Virus record (IMG/VR): IMGVR_UViG_3300030333_004255 | Location: 1-54,675 of that record | Origin: a virus | Taxonomy: Duplodnaviria > Caudoviricetes | Strand: one strand, 5' to 3' | Length of the DNA: 54,675 bases | Shown: positions 45,053 to 54,675 of the stretch, one piece after another | Layout: every line of letters begins with the position of its first letter | Position numbering within the stretch: the stretch's first letter is position 1 | Position numbers and translations under genes: made by a program | Notes under the pieces: model-generated | Databases searched by the model: none | What the model was told of the DNA's origin: nothing | Seen by the model: only the letters and a program-made list of their open reading frames with translations

Positions 45053-46056
45053 TACACTTCCGTCAACGTGAAGGACAGGCGTTGCATTATCCTACCATTA
45101 GTTTGGATATACTCAGAGTTACCTACTTGCCCTCTAACAGTTACCAGGTTTTCTTTAGTTATATCGCCAGTCATCTTTAGGTTAGGAAGAGCGCCCATCT
45201 CTTGTCCAAAGTTATACCAACCTAAGACCATATCAGTGGGAGCTGCGTAGGGTAGCAGTTGCACATCGTCTATCCTGTCAGGCCATCTCAAAGATGAGCT
45301 GAGAGGGTAAACACCTAATTTTATATTGGTCCAGCTTGAGGGGTCTGGGGTGTGTGATGTCGTAGCATAAGCTTGAAGAACCCCATTGATATATAAGTAT
45401 TGGTTGTACTCACCGGACTCTGCGTTTCTTCTAATAACCGCCGTAACCATTTTGAAACTACCGTCAAATGGATCTGAAATACTAAGGTGGCTAGTTTTAT
45501 CAGACGAACCAGATGCATCTACAGCGGATATTTTGTAGTTCAACTTGTTGTCCGAAGTAGTCCTGTATAAACGCACGCTGTTTCTATAATAGTCAGTTTT
45601 GTACATATTGAGTAAGTACTCAGTAGCACTAGGAGTAGCTGCGGTATCTGTCCAAACATTGAAGGTCAGGTCTTGTTGAGTCTTAATCATCTCAGTAGGG
45701 TAATCCGAATATATACCCGTACCTACTAACCTAGATTTTCCTGAGAACCCTGTGGGTACAGTGGAGCTGTAACTACCTCCAGCGTTTGTAGCAACAGGCG
45801 AAACATTTTTAGTCGAGTATGTAGTGTCGTCCATCGTGAACAACTGACCCTCACCTCGAATCAAACCACCATAAGCCAAGGCTTCTTTCTCTGTGAGGAA
45901 GGACGATATAAATGTCCATCTGCGTTTGGTGTAGCGCACATCTTGATAATGCCCTCCCGCTACACTTCTAGCTGAGGCACCCGCTGTATCTAAAGACTCA
46001 GAACCACTGTTAACTTCTATGGGTATCTCAACACCATTGAGTTTAAGGAAAGCCAT
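45052..46056 (-). CDS. Distal-tail-like protein with LamG insertion (paralogue B)
   Basis: LKLNGVEIPIE...KRRWTF...LYING...LSFTLTEV. Confidence 0.7.
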   Translation of the reverse strand: MAFLKLNGVEIPIEVNSGSESLDTAGASARSVAGGHYQDVRYTKRRWTFISSFLTEKEALAYGGLIRGEGQLFTMDDTTYSTKNVSPVATNAGGSYSSTVPTGFSGKSRLVGTGIYSDYPTEMIKTQQDLTFNVWTDTAATPSATEYLLNMYKTDYYRNSVRLYRTTSDNKLNYKISAVDASGSSDKTSHLSISDPFDGSFKMVTAVIRRNAESGEYNQYLYINGVLQAYATTSHTPDPSSWTNIKLGVYPLSSSLRWPDRIDDVQLLPYAAPTDMVLGWYNFGQEMGALPNLKMTGDITKENLVTVRGQVGNSEYIQTNGRIMQRLSFTLTEV

Positions 46057-47054
46057 TATGACTCCTCCAACGCAATAGAAAGCTTTCGCATGTTAGATGA
46101 ACCGTTGGCTTGTATAACCTCCTCAGAACTTACATACCCGTAGAAGAGTGTAGTTAACGTATCGTCAGGAATACAGTCTCCATCTACATAGACTTTAGGG
46201 AGAGGAGACATAGCCTTACCCATTGCATGCCAGGCAGATACTATGTCGGATGTTGCAGCGTACGGAACTACCATTACCTCATCGATGTAGCCACCTGTGT
46301 ACTGACTCCCACTGGCACCATCGTTACCAATAGCAACAACAAAACTTGAGCTAGATAAATCTGGAATTCTGCAAGTAGTTGTATTGGACTCAGAAGCAGC
46401 TGATGCGGCATTGTAGTATAACTCTTTACAACTCTCACCTGTTTCTGGGTTAGTTCTCAAAACAGCAGTGAACATATGAAAGTTACTTACACCTGTCCAA
46501 ACTGTTGTTTTTGTAAGAGAGTGAGAACCTGCACTGTTTGAGGTAGTAAATATTATACTATCAACGCCACCACCCCTAGCGAGTTGAACGGTATTATCAC
46601 CTTGATCTGCATAGAATATATTACCCGTGCCACTAGTTGCGTCTGATGCCCACACGTTAATAGTTAAATCAGTTAACCCTGTGACTACACTTGATGGGTA
46701 TACAAGGTGAGTTCCAGCATCTAATGACTTGTTGAACTTTACGTGAGTGCTTTCCTGAGCATTAGCCGTAGAGGTTGTCGGCCCCACCCCTCGGCTGCTG
46801 TAGAGGTACTCGGCAGTAGAGTGCCCATCGAATGACCAGTACTCCCCCCGACCTCGAACCAAACCCTCAACAGCAGAAGCCTCCATCTCAGAAAGAGGGA
46901 TAGTTGTGAATTCCACTATTCGTTTGAAACCATAGCGAACGTTGACAGGAGAACCGTCGTAACCTTTCTCAAAGGAACCTACTTCTTTAGTAGTTACCGA
47001 TAAGGAGTCTAATTCAATGGGGACCGTGTACCCATTTATTCGCAACATTGTCAC
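46056..47054 (-). CDS. Distal-tail-like protein with LamG insertion (paralogue A)
   Basis: LRINGYTVPIE...KRIVEF...IDEV...LSIALEES; follows the tape measure gene. Confidence 0.7.
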   Translation of the reverse strand: MTMLRINGYTVPIELDSLSVTTKEVGSFEKGYDGSPVNVRYGFKRIVEFTTIPLSEMEASAVEGLVRGRGEYWSFDGHSTAEYLYSSRGVGPTTSTANAQESTHVKFNKSLDAGTHLVYPSSVVTGLTDLTINVWASDATSGTGNIFYADQGDNTVQLARGGGVDSIIFTTSNSAGSHSLTKTTVWTGVSNFHMFTAVLRTNPETGESCKELYYNAASAASESNTTTCRIPDLSSSSFVVAIGNDGASGSQYTGGYIDEVMVVPYAATSDIVSAWHAMGKAMSPLPKVYVDGDCIPDDTLTTLFYGYVSSEEVIQANGSSNMRKLSIALEES

Positions 47055-50005
47055 TATCTAACCCCACTAGGTTTCCCCCGTAGCGGGGTACCACTCCTTA
47101 CCATAGAGTTCCACTCTTGCTCGCGTGTAAGTTTTCTCATGAAGTCTTTAGTGTCCGCCACTTGGACAACCATACTTTGAATTACCACTCCACCCGCAAC
47201 CCCTCCACGAGGGATAACCTGCTCACCAGGAGAAAGCATAGCTGGTACAGAGTCCCCGAAACCAACACCCGGTACTACACCACCGTGCTGGAAGTGGATT
47301 AATTCACCTTGAGGGCCAACCCTGGTTGTCCTGCCAGTCCCCATGGTGTCTCTAATAACTTGTATAGTATCACTCAACGCAGCTTGGAATGCGCGAAGGT
47401 TTGCCTTGAACCCAGCTGGGATATTACCCGACTTCTTTAACTCTTCGTTTAAGTTCTTGAATTCTTCTCTGGTGTCCCTTGTCTCTTCACCAAGCTTGTC
47501 CATCTCATCGATAGCGTCAAAGACTGCATTCGGGTCCATCCGTTGTAAATCTACAACGCCGAAAGTAATAGCATCTAAAGCGTCCGCTAAAGCGTTGTAT
47601 ACTTTAGCAATAGCCCAAACGATCCCACCTATTACATAACCAATCCCTTTGAAGACAAGCATCAAAGCTTTTGTAGCTAGCTCAAATACTTTTAGGACAG
47701 GGGTAAGTGCTTTTATAGTTACACCTATTATAAAGAACAGCGCACCAAAGGCTTTCAAAGGACTCAAAAATACATCCAGTACACCCACCAAACTTTCAAA
47801 TATGGTATTTAGACCTATACTTAAAACTTTGAATGATTGAGTCGAGGTAGCCATTTGAAGAAGCCCCGCAACTGCCCCCATCATAGGGTTACCAGTAGCG
47901 GCGGTTACTTGAGCAAATGTTGATACAGTACTACCAAACTCTCCCATAGACCCCATGGCCGTGTCAATCATCCCACCTATAGCGGAAATCTCAGGGACGT
48001 TTAAACCTTGGATTTCATCTAAAACAGCAGATCCCGCAGACTCAAATAAAACAGTAGCGGTGTTTATCATAGGGTTAGCTAGTGCAGCTTCAATCTTTTT
48101 GTTTTGGCGAGTGCCTCCGTAGTACCTAAAAGAGAGGGGTCCGCGCTCATCTGCCCCCACTCCCCCACCTGTAGTAAACTCATTCAACATGAACTTAAAA
48201 GAGTTGACACCTCTTTGAAAAATTTCACCGTACTGTCTTATTGTGCTCTGTAATTCTACAGCTGCCCCATTAAAATATTGTTCTAGAGCAGACATTACAT
48301 TTCGAGCAGCCTCTTCACCTCGTTTTTCCAGAAGCTCCTCGTTCTTTAACCCTGTTAGAATACTGTTGAAAGCTACACGTGCCGTTTGCTCTAAGTTAAA
48401 ATTATCTACTGCGGATGCGCCTATAGCCAAAGCTACTTTGAACTTCTCATTAATTTTACCAATACCTTCAGTTAGGATATTGTCTATATCTAAAAGCTCG
48501 TTTTGTTTCTTCAACTCTAGAGCACGAGCCCTTGCTAAAGCTAACTCGTCGTCTGAAGAACCGTCAGGGTTTCTAGCAAGAAGGGGAGGCACCCCTGGTT
48601 GATCTCTGTACAGCAAAGATTCAGCTTTACGTGCAGCAGCTTTCCTAGCCTTCGCCGCCCTGCTTTCCCGCTCCTGGCTGTACATTTCTCCAGCTTCGAC
48701 GCCATAGATACCACCTAAGGCCATACCCCCCAAAGCACCAAAGAAAGTCCCCGCTGGCCCAAGCATACTCCCAGCCATACCACCGGCAGCACCTCCAGCA
48801 ATAAGACCGGATAACCCCATTCCATCCCCAAAGAAAAAATCACTCATCTTATCAAAGGGGAGACCTTTAATTGCTAAAGCTAAGTCATTAAACTTTGTAA
48901 CTAAAAAAGTCAGAGGACCTAAAAGAGATTCACCTATGTTCTCTCCTAGGGTTTTAACTATATTACTCATCCTATCGAGCTGCTTATTTAGCGAATCTCG
49001 AATAGTATCTGACTGTTGCTGGATTGCCCCATCTGCACTATCTAGTGTACGTAGAAACTCTTTAAAGTCTCCAGTACTTCTTGTTAGGGCTGTTACTGCT
49101 CTAGCTGAGTTACGGTTAAAAATTGTAAAAGAGTCACCAGCTGTCATATTAGCGTCAGCTAACTGCTGCAATATTACCCGAAGGGGTAACATTTTATTCT
49201 CTGTTTCATGGGTAACTATACCCATCTCAATTAATTTTCGTTTAGCTTTGTCAGTAGGGTTGGATAAATCCATCAACATTGCTTGAAGGGCACGCCCCGC
49301 CAAACCAGCTTCAAGACCTGTTTCACCTAATAATGATAAAGCCGTAACGACTTCATTCATTTCAATTCCAGATGCCTGAGCAATAGCACCTGTAAACTTA
49401 AACCCTTCACCTAGACCAGCGATGGATACGTTGGCATTAGCTGCGGCTTTAGCTAATACATCAGAAACAGCTTCTAAATCTTTAAGCTCTAATCCGTATG
49501 ACTTTAAAACCCGGATAGATAAGTTAGCTGCCTCTGATACAGATATACCACTAGCGGTAGCCAGGTTGGCTACGTGCTTTAATGCTTCACCTACTTCACC
49601 GGCTTGAAAACCTGCACGACCTAAAACGGTTGAGGCTTTTAACAGGGCTACAGATGTATGCTCCGTAGCTGTTGAAACAGCCTGTACAGATTCTTTTAGA
49701 TTTTGAAAGTCTGCGGCAGACCCGGATGTAATTGCCTGAACTTCACGAAAACGTTCTTCAAACTCAGCAGCTGTACCTGCTAAAACCTGAATACTTTTAC
49801 GTAATACGTCCAAGCCTTTTAAAACAGGGGATACTTGAAAGGCTTGGAATGTTTTACCTAAAGCTCCAAGGGGGCCACCCTGCCCAGATAATTTTTGGAG
49901 AGAGCCGAATCTTTTTTCGACCCGAGCCATTGTTTTCTGAAACTGAGAATCGTCCCCAGTAATGACCGCGTTTAACTCAGCTATTCTTGCTTTGCTTGAT
50001 GCCAT
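47054..50005 (-). CDS. Tape measure protein (TP901-like core)
   Basis: 983 aa, Ala/Gly/Leu-rich, AGRALQAML, C-terminal GGVV...DSVPAMLSPGE. Confidence 0.95.
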   Translation of the reverse strand: MASSKARIAELNAVITGDDSQFQKTMARVEKRFGSLQKLSGQGGPLGALGKTFQAFQVSPVLKGLDVLRKSIQVLAGTAAEFEERFREVQAITSGSAADFQNLKESVQAVSTATEHTSVALLKASTVLGRAGFQAGEVGEALKHVANLATASGISVSEAANLSIRVLKSYGLELKDLEAVSDVLAKAAANANVSIAGLGEGFKFTGAIAQASGIEMNEVVTALSLLGETGLEAGLAGRALQAMLMDLSNPTDKAKRKLIEMGIVTHETENKMLPLRVILQQLADANMTAGDSFTIFNRNSARAVTALTRSTGDFKEFLRTLDSADGAIQQQSDTIRDSLNKQLDRMSNIVKTLGENIGESLLGPLTFLVTKFNDLALAIKGLPFDKMSDFFFGDGMGLSGLIAGGAAGGMAGSMLGPAGTFFGALGGMALGGIYGVEAGEMYSQERESRAAKARKAAARKAESLLYRDQPGVPPLLARNPDGSSDDELALARARALELKKQNELLDIDNILTEGIGKINEKFKVALAIGASAVDNFNLEQTARVAFNSILTGLKNEELLEKRGEEAARNVMSALEQYFNGAAVELQSTIRQYGEIFQRGVNSFKFMLNEFTTGGGVGADERGPLSFRYYGGTRQNKKIEAALANPMINTATVLFESAGSAVLDEIQGLNVPEISAIGGMIDTAMGSMGEFGSTVSTFAQVTAATGNPMMGAVAGLLQMATSTQSFKVLSIGLNTIFESLVGVLDVFLSPLKAFGALFFIIGVTIKALTPVLKVFELATKALMLVFKGIGYVIGGIVWAIAKVYNALADALDAITFGVVDLQRMDPNAVFDAIDEMDKLGEETRDTREEFKNLNEELKKSGNIPAGFKANLRAFQAALSDTIQVIRDTMGTGRTTRVGPQGELIHFQHGGVVPGVGFGDSVPAMLSPGEQVIPRGGVAGGVVIQSMVVQVADTKDFMRKLTREQEWNSMVRSGTPLRGKPSGVR

Positions 50006-50663
50006 TCTTTACCAGGCCCTTTTTCCCAGAAAGCGTCCTGCTCTCTCTTTTCTATTTCTTCATCAATCTGATCTAAAACAGATCTCGTTGATTTTATCTT
50101 CTGCTTCTTACCTCGTAACTTACTAGGTGTGACACGGGTACCCTTCTTCACATGAGGTTGAACACATACTGCGGCATGCCAAGCTAACATATCCATTTGG
50201 ATATCTAACTTGTCGTTATACCCTTGGGCATAGTACATGAACTCATACAGTGTGAGTTCCCAGAACTCCGCAGGTTTTAAGCCTAACTTACCTGCTAATG
50301 TTAGGAGTTCTCCCCATCTGACTTTCCCTCGTCTTCATCCTCATCCATGTAAGACTGGATCCCTGGAATCGACGAAGCGATAGCAGTGAATACCGAAGTC
50401 ATTAGGTCTCCTAATTCACCTTCGTAATCATCTAACCATCTTCCTACTTTGGCAGGTGTTAGTTTTTTGTTCTCGTACAAAAGACCTACAAATATTGCGT
50501 CTCGGAGAAGTCTCAGACCTACAGAATCTTGGGCCATCAAAGTGACAATACCTTTCCCTGATAGATCTTCTAACTTGGCAATCTCATTAGTTCGATAACG
50601 AACTGTTCGGAGCTTACCCCCAATGTTAATGCTAGCCTCTCCACGTGCTGGATTCGCGCTCAT
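49981..50663 (-). CDS. Tail assembly chaperone G (50301..50663) and -1 frameshift product GT
   Basis: G_GGA_AAG at 50328-50322; the -1 frame reads VRWGELLTLAGKLGLKPAEFWELTLYEF into ORF 49981..50238. Confidence 0.88.
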
Positions 50664-50689
50664 AATTTTTTACCCCGGTTAAATGTTAA

Positions 50690-51151
50690 TTACGAATGTA
50701 GCCAATCGTATGTAGTAGGCTGTCCACAAACTCTGGCTGACACTGAGATGCGGTATACGTCATCCATTGCCATCTCATGACTGATGCTGGTGATCAAACA
50801 TTTACCAGCCAGGTATGTGTTTGTACCGTCAATCAGAACTTCAAATTGAAGCTTGCCCCCAGTGTTAAGCGTAGAGTCATCACCTTTTAGTTCTTCCAAA
50901 CTATGAAGGATATCTCTTACAGGAAGTGCTGAACCTGCATTAGTAGCGGGATACATAATGGTAAAATCCATAGTGATGTCACGCATACCTTGAAAGTAAT
51001 CTCTATGGCCAGAGTTACCGTACGCTGTAATATCAATTTCAGTGGCACTGTGGCTCATTGAAAAATCTGATAAGTTTGGTACAGCTACCGTGCTATCCCC
51101 TTCAGGACCAATTTTAAGTGACAAACTTCTTGCTGCTAGTTCGTTAGCCAT
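50690..51151 (-). CDS. Major tail tube protein
   Basis: EIDIT...RDYFQGMRD; lies before the chaperone and tape measure genes. Confidence 0.85.
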   Translation of the reverse strand: MANELAARSLSLKIGPEGDSTVAVPNLSDFSMSHSATEIDITAYGNSGHRDYFQGMRDITMDFTIMYPATNAGSALPVRDILHSLEELKGDDSTLNTGGKLQFEVLIDGTNTYLAGKCLITSISHEMAMDDVYRISVSARVCGQPTTYDWLHS

Positions 51152-51162
51152 TGCTCTTCTCC

Positions 51163-51570
51163 TTATTTCGTTAGAATCAAATTAATCGACCACAAGTGAT
51201 GGCCTGAATCGTCTACCCCTAAGTACAACGGATCTGAAGTCGTTGCCCTAGAATCTATATAACTTGCAGTAGGTGGACCCATATCTACTACTGCCATCAC
51301 GCTCTCCGCTAAGGAAAGCCCCCCGGATAAATCGTTCTTATCTGACCTTACCAGAACTTGTACACCAGGTTTTGATAAACCGCCCTTATTGCCGCCGTCC
51401 CCAAAAGCTTCTTTAGCTAAACCACCTCTACCAATAACGAAGACACACGTATGGGGTACGCCGGATGCAGTATCTACTTCCCGCATAGGACCACCAAAGC
51501 AGTTAGTGCCCAGTGTCAATGAGCCTACATTGGATGCAATGTATGTAGCTACATCTAACTGAGCTGGCAT
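51163..51570 (-). CDS. Tail terminator / neck protein
   Basis: PGVQVLVR...PLYLGVDDSGHHLWSIN; position in the operon. Confidence 0.75.
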   Translation of the reverse strand: MPAQLDVATYIASNVGSLTLGTNCFGGPMREVDTASGVPHTCVFVIGRGGLAKEAFGDGGNKGGLSKPGVQVLVRSDKNDLSGGLSLAESVMAVVDMGPPTASYIDSRATTSDPLYLGVDDSGHHLWSINLILTK

Positions 51571-52058
51571 TACTCTTGGTCCTCGTAAGTTTTATCTTGA
51601 AGTGACCCCACAGTAACACCCGTTTGAGCATGCTTTCTTGTAAGCCTCGCCAACCTTTTAGCAGCTCCAGGTAATGATTCATTGTAAGGGCGTTCTAGAA
51701 ATTTAGATTTAGACCTATGGGTCTCGTGCTGAACAAGAGCGTATTCCACATTATAGCCTAACCCTACTTCAGGCCTTTTGGTAGTTTTAGGGGCAGTAAC
51801 TTTTGCAGATCTTCTAAGATCCCCTGTTAACCTTGGTGCCAAAGGGACGCTTTTATCCATGATCATTATCCCCTGCTCCAACAAAGCAGCTGCAAAAGCA
51901 TGAGGGAATCTTTTTTTGATTTGCTTCAAGTTGTGTTTTGCTTGGTCAAACCCTGCCATTTGTGCCCCAATGAGAGCACCTTTCATTCCACCTGAAGCCA
52001 GTTTTCTAATTACCGACTTACCTACTTTGGTGTTGTATACTTTAAATCTAAACGCCAT
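51570..52058 (-). CDS. HK97 gp10-like neck protein
   Basis: APRLTGDLRRS...YALVQHE...KFLERP. Confidence 0.8.
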   Translation of the reverse strand: MAFRFKVYNTKVGKSVIRKLASGGMKGALIGAQMAGFDQAKHNLKQIKKRFPHAFAAALLEQGIMIMDKSVPLAPRLTGDLRRSAKVTAPKTTKRPEVGLGYNVEYALVQHETHRSKSKFLERPYNESLPGAAKRLARLTRKHAQTGVTVGSLQDKTYEDQE

Positions 52059-52305
52059 CACCGCCCTCAACATCCTCAGAAACTACAGGAGGGTCTACAG
52101 GAGAAGGGTCTACTTTACCTTTAGACTTCTTACGAGTTTTCTTTGGTTTAGGTTCTTCCTCTTCCTCTAAGACTGCATAACCTAATTCAATAAAATTAGA
52201 GGCGGTTGATTCAGGGATATCATACACTCTATCTTTTTTGTGATACGCGGGTACTTTTGCTGTGTTACTAATAAGAACGTAAGTGTCTAGCATCCTGACT
52301 TTCAT
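52048..52305 (-). CDS. Small head/neck-region protein
   Basis: MKVRML...A..FIELGYA with a basic tail. Confidence 0.65.
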   Translation of the reverse strand: MKVRMLDTYVLISNTAKVPAYHKKDRVYDIPESTASNFIELGYAVLEEEEEPKPKKTRKKSKGKVDPSPVDPPVVSEDVEGGDGV

Positions 52306-52312
52306 TTCAGCC

Positions 52313-52639
52313 TCATAACTCGGTGCGGTAGTAATCTACATTGCCCAGCTCATCAAAGAACTTTTCCACAACCTTTGGTTTAAAACCGTTGTTATCTGAA
52401 CTGTTAGATACACCAGGCAAGAATACTATAGATGAGAGTTTAATTTCATCTTCGGTTATAACAACAGTAGATATTTGTTTCTCTAAACCTTCGGGAGTTT
52501 CTATCGTTTCTGTTTTGTTTTCAACTCTCGCTGAAATAGAAGACGCAGACCCATACGTAATGTCGCCGTAGTTGTTTCTACTTGCGGCGCTCTTGACACT
52601 AATGGTCAAAGTCAGCTGACTTTTTAGCTGCGCGTCCAT
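52313..52639 (-). CDS. Head closure protein
   Basis: NNYGDITYG...ARVE; follows the adaptor gene. Confidence 0.7.
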   Translation of the reverse strand: MDAQLKSQLTLTISVKSAASRNNYGDITYGSASSISARVENKTETIETPEGLEKQISTVVITEDEIKLSSIVFLPGVSNSSDNNGFKPKVVEKFFDELGNVDYYRTEL

Positions 52640-53070
52640 CAGTGTCGATGGTATTCATTGTCCTCATCAAGGACAATTCTATCATCCTGTCCAACCTTAA
52701 ATCCGGGCTGGACGTTGGATGTGTTTTGGTCGAGTGAATCCTTGCCAGAGATAGTAAGGCCACCGGCAAACACTTCGGCGTGCCGGTTGACCCTACTTCT
52801 CAGCATGGATGCACGAGCCTCATACGCCTTGGCTCGTTGACTGGCCTTTACTTTGAGTTCCCCATTTTCAGTATCTGCCTGACGTGCGAACTTGGACGCG
52901 ATCAATTCACATGCGGTAGCCGCACACTCTATGATCTTTGTCTCAATAGTCAGGAGATAGTCTATCTCTGCATCGGCAAGCAGTTGGTCGCTACTGTTTG
53001 TGTCTCCACACCAGAAACGGACTGCCTCCCGATTAGAGTTAGCTGGGTCTCCACCGTAAGTAAAAGCCAT
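52639..53070 (-). CDS. Head-tail adaptor
   Basis: FTYGGDP...VRFWCGDT...LADAEIDYLL; follows the major capsid gene. Confidence 0.8.
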   Translation of the reverse strand: MAFTYGGDPANSNREAVRFWCGDTNSSDQLLADAEIDYLLTIETKIIECAATACELIASKFARQADTENGELKVKASQRAKAYEARASMLRSRVNRHAEVFAGGLTISGKDSLDQNTSNVQPGFKVGQDDRIVLDEDNEYHRH

Positions 53071-53081
53071 GACTCTACCTA

Positions 53082-54038
53082 TTAAGCAGTAGTAGTATTG
53101 GTGAAGAAAAAGCCCAATGATGAAGAAACAAGTTTCTGATCATAAGCCATTTCCATCTCAATACGATCTGAGCGCAAGTGATCCATACGGAATCGGCTTA
53201 CCCGCTGACCCTGATTAGAACCCTGATACCCAGACCACGTAAACGTGTACCCAAGGCTTGGATGCATGAGTGATGGAGTTTTTGGAGCATAAGCTAGAAG
53301 AGCATTACTTGCTCCATAAATACGCGAGTAAGATGCAGTTGCACCTTCATTCGCTGTATTTCTAATAGCCCGTGCTACCAAAACTTCTTCAAGACCGAGA
53401 AGTGAAGCTAAGAGCTGCTCAGTTGCAACACCTTGCTGAGTGTACTTGATACGATCAAGAACATCAGAGTTGTTCTTCAGCTCTGTAAAAGCATTAACAC
53501 CGCAAACAAGTTTGTTTGGACGGTAGCCTGTCAACCCTTCTACGGCATCCATTTTTGCTTGGATGTTTTCAATAGCGTTAGCAGCATCAAACTTTACAAC
53601 ACCACCTGTGTCATCATTTACACCGTTTGTATAAGCAGTTTCTGTAAAGAACGTTGAGGCCCAATCAAGCTCACGCTTGAGAAGCATGTGCTGAGTAAGG
53701 AACTCAACCGCATCGCGGTTCATATCCAAGGGAGCATCAGCGTTCGCACGTGTCGCATCATCGATATCCTTGTGAAGTGCAATGACATCACAGCTATACG
53801 TTGCGGTGCTGAGGTTGTAACCTGATCCCGCAGACTCAGTTCCCGGCGCACGGAGTCTTGCATCTGTGCGGAAGAAATCATCCTGGGTGTAGGTGAAATA
53901 TTTATCAGTTTGTTTTGCAACAGGAACTGATGGAAAAACTCTATCTGCGATAAAGTTAGACATGTCGTTCTTGAATCCAACACTAAGGTTGGTCAAGGGG
54001 GTGTCTACATGAACATCTGTACTAGTTGGCTGTGGCAT
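53082..54038 (-). CDS. Major capsid protein
   Basis: VDTPLTNLSVGF..FIADRVFPSVPV, RAPG and YRPNKLV. Confidence 0.92.
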   Translation of the reverse strand: MPQPTSTDVHVDTPLTNLSVGFKNDMSNFIADRVFPSVPVAKQTDKYFTYTQDDFFRTDARLRAPGTESAGSGYNLSTATYSCDVIALHKDIDDATRANADAPLDMNRDAVEFLTQHMLLKRELDWASTFFTETAYTNGVNDDTGGVVKFDAANAIENIQAKMDAVEGLTGYRPNKLVCGVNAFTELKNNSDVLDRIKYTQQGVATEQLLASLLGLEEVLVARAIRNTANEGATASYSRIYGASNALLAYAPKTPSLMHPSLGYTFTWSGYQGSNQGQRVSRFRMDHLRSDRIEMEMAYDQKLVSSSLGFFFTNTTTA

Positions 54039-54050
54039 TTTGAGACTCCT

Positions 54051-54425
54051 TTACGCTTGCTTGCCGTTTTTCTGAAGAAGAACAGCAACGATGTCTCCGT
54101 TGGCTGTGGGATCTTCTAAGGCGACCCCCATCCGAAATGACCCTGTTTCCGTAACCTTACCCGCCGAGTTAGAATCACAGCCGACGTTGTAGCCTGCTCC
54201 GAGTCCTGACTCAGTTCCGATATAGAGTTTGGTAACACCGTAAACACAAATAGTAGCAGGCTGACCTGCGGTGGGCTTGTTTTGAAGAACACCGATCGGG
54301 TTGGCATTATCACCCGTCAACGCAGCCTTGCCATCCGTATCCACAGCAACAAAGTAGTACTGTTTCGCCGAAAGGTCAGCAGCTGCCTCCAGGGTAATCG
54401 TTATTTGGTTTTCTTGAAAAGCCAT
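54051..54425 (-). CDS. Capsid decoration/cement protein
   Basis: AAADLS...IGVLQNKP..G...GVALE; directly before the major capsid gene. Confidence 0.8.
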   Translation of the reverse strand: MAFQENQITITLEAAADLSAKQYYFVAVDTDGKAALTGDNANPIGVLQNKPTAGQPATICVYGVTKLYIGTESGLGAGYNVGCDSNSAGKVTETGSFRMGVALEDPTANGDIVAVLLQKNGKQA

Positions 54426-54440
54426 TTTAAAATCTCCTCG

Positions 54441-54675
54441 TTAGTTACTCTGAACGTATTCAGTGTAGAGTTTTCGACCTTCATCAGATTTCATCACAAC
54501 GTCGTATGCTTTCGCATAAGATACGCCGGGATTCTCTGAACAGTGCTTCTGCGCCAGAGCATCAAGCTGATTAAGTGGATCTTTGCCGCCTTGATCTTGA
54601 GCAGTCACGCCAGCTTCAACGAAGAGTTCGCTCTTCGAGATAACCTGACTAACAGTCTTGAGAAGACCTTCGATC
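54441..54675 (-). CDS. Capsid scaffolding protein, 3' part
   Basis: ...DPLNQLDALAQK...SYAKAYDVVMKSDEGRKLYTEYVQSN*, in frame with 722..2. Confidence 0.8.
   Translation of the reverse strand, partial: IEGLLKTVSQVISKSELFVEAGVTAQDQGGKDPLNQLDALAQKHCSENPGVSYAKAYDVVMKSDEGRKLYTEYVQSN
54578..54675. repeat. Terminal direct repeat, right copy
   Basis: Identical to 2..99. Confidence 0.95.

Noticed and set aside
1-54675. Integrase, reverse transcriptase/DGR, introns or inteins, stop-codon reassignment
   Set aside because: I saw no such motifs; terL, polA and the helicases are uninterrupted, and genes tile densely in the standard code.

Overview
This window appears to be a complete, circularly assembled genome of about 54.6 kb from a tailed siphovirus-type phage; a 98-bp overlap joins the two ends. 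It has two arms that diverge at about 5930-6530. The minus arm carries terS, terL, portal, an XkdF-type prohead protease with extra domains, a scaffold gene crossing the contig junction, decoration protein, major capsid, neck, tail tube, a frameshifted tail chaperone, tape measure, two LamG-containing Dit-like paralogues, a hub/Tal protein, fibres and a lysis module. The plus arm starts with a repeat-rich probable genome-end or origin region, followed by about 40 small early genes and then Cro, SNF2 helicase, Prim-Pol/helicase, a Cas4/RecB-like nuclease, Sak4, SSB, PolA and a resolvase. I found no integrase or CI repressor. Five features are most unusual: (1) a holin-like gene with an A_AAA_AAG slippery site whose -1 frame adds a YadA-like four-strand outer-membrane anchor ending in Trp; (2) 13 copies of the palindrome TGTCCAA-NN-TTGGACA at early-gene boundaries; (3) a 178-nt rod-like candidate ncRNA bracketed by two of these palindromes, plus a tRNA-like RNA without a normal anticodon loop; (4) a UDG-like domain inside the prohead protease, with the protease EVSLVD.AN motif on the next gene; (5) a 15/16 match to parS. 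All protein calls come from motif recognition by eye, and no database searches were run.
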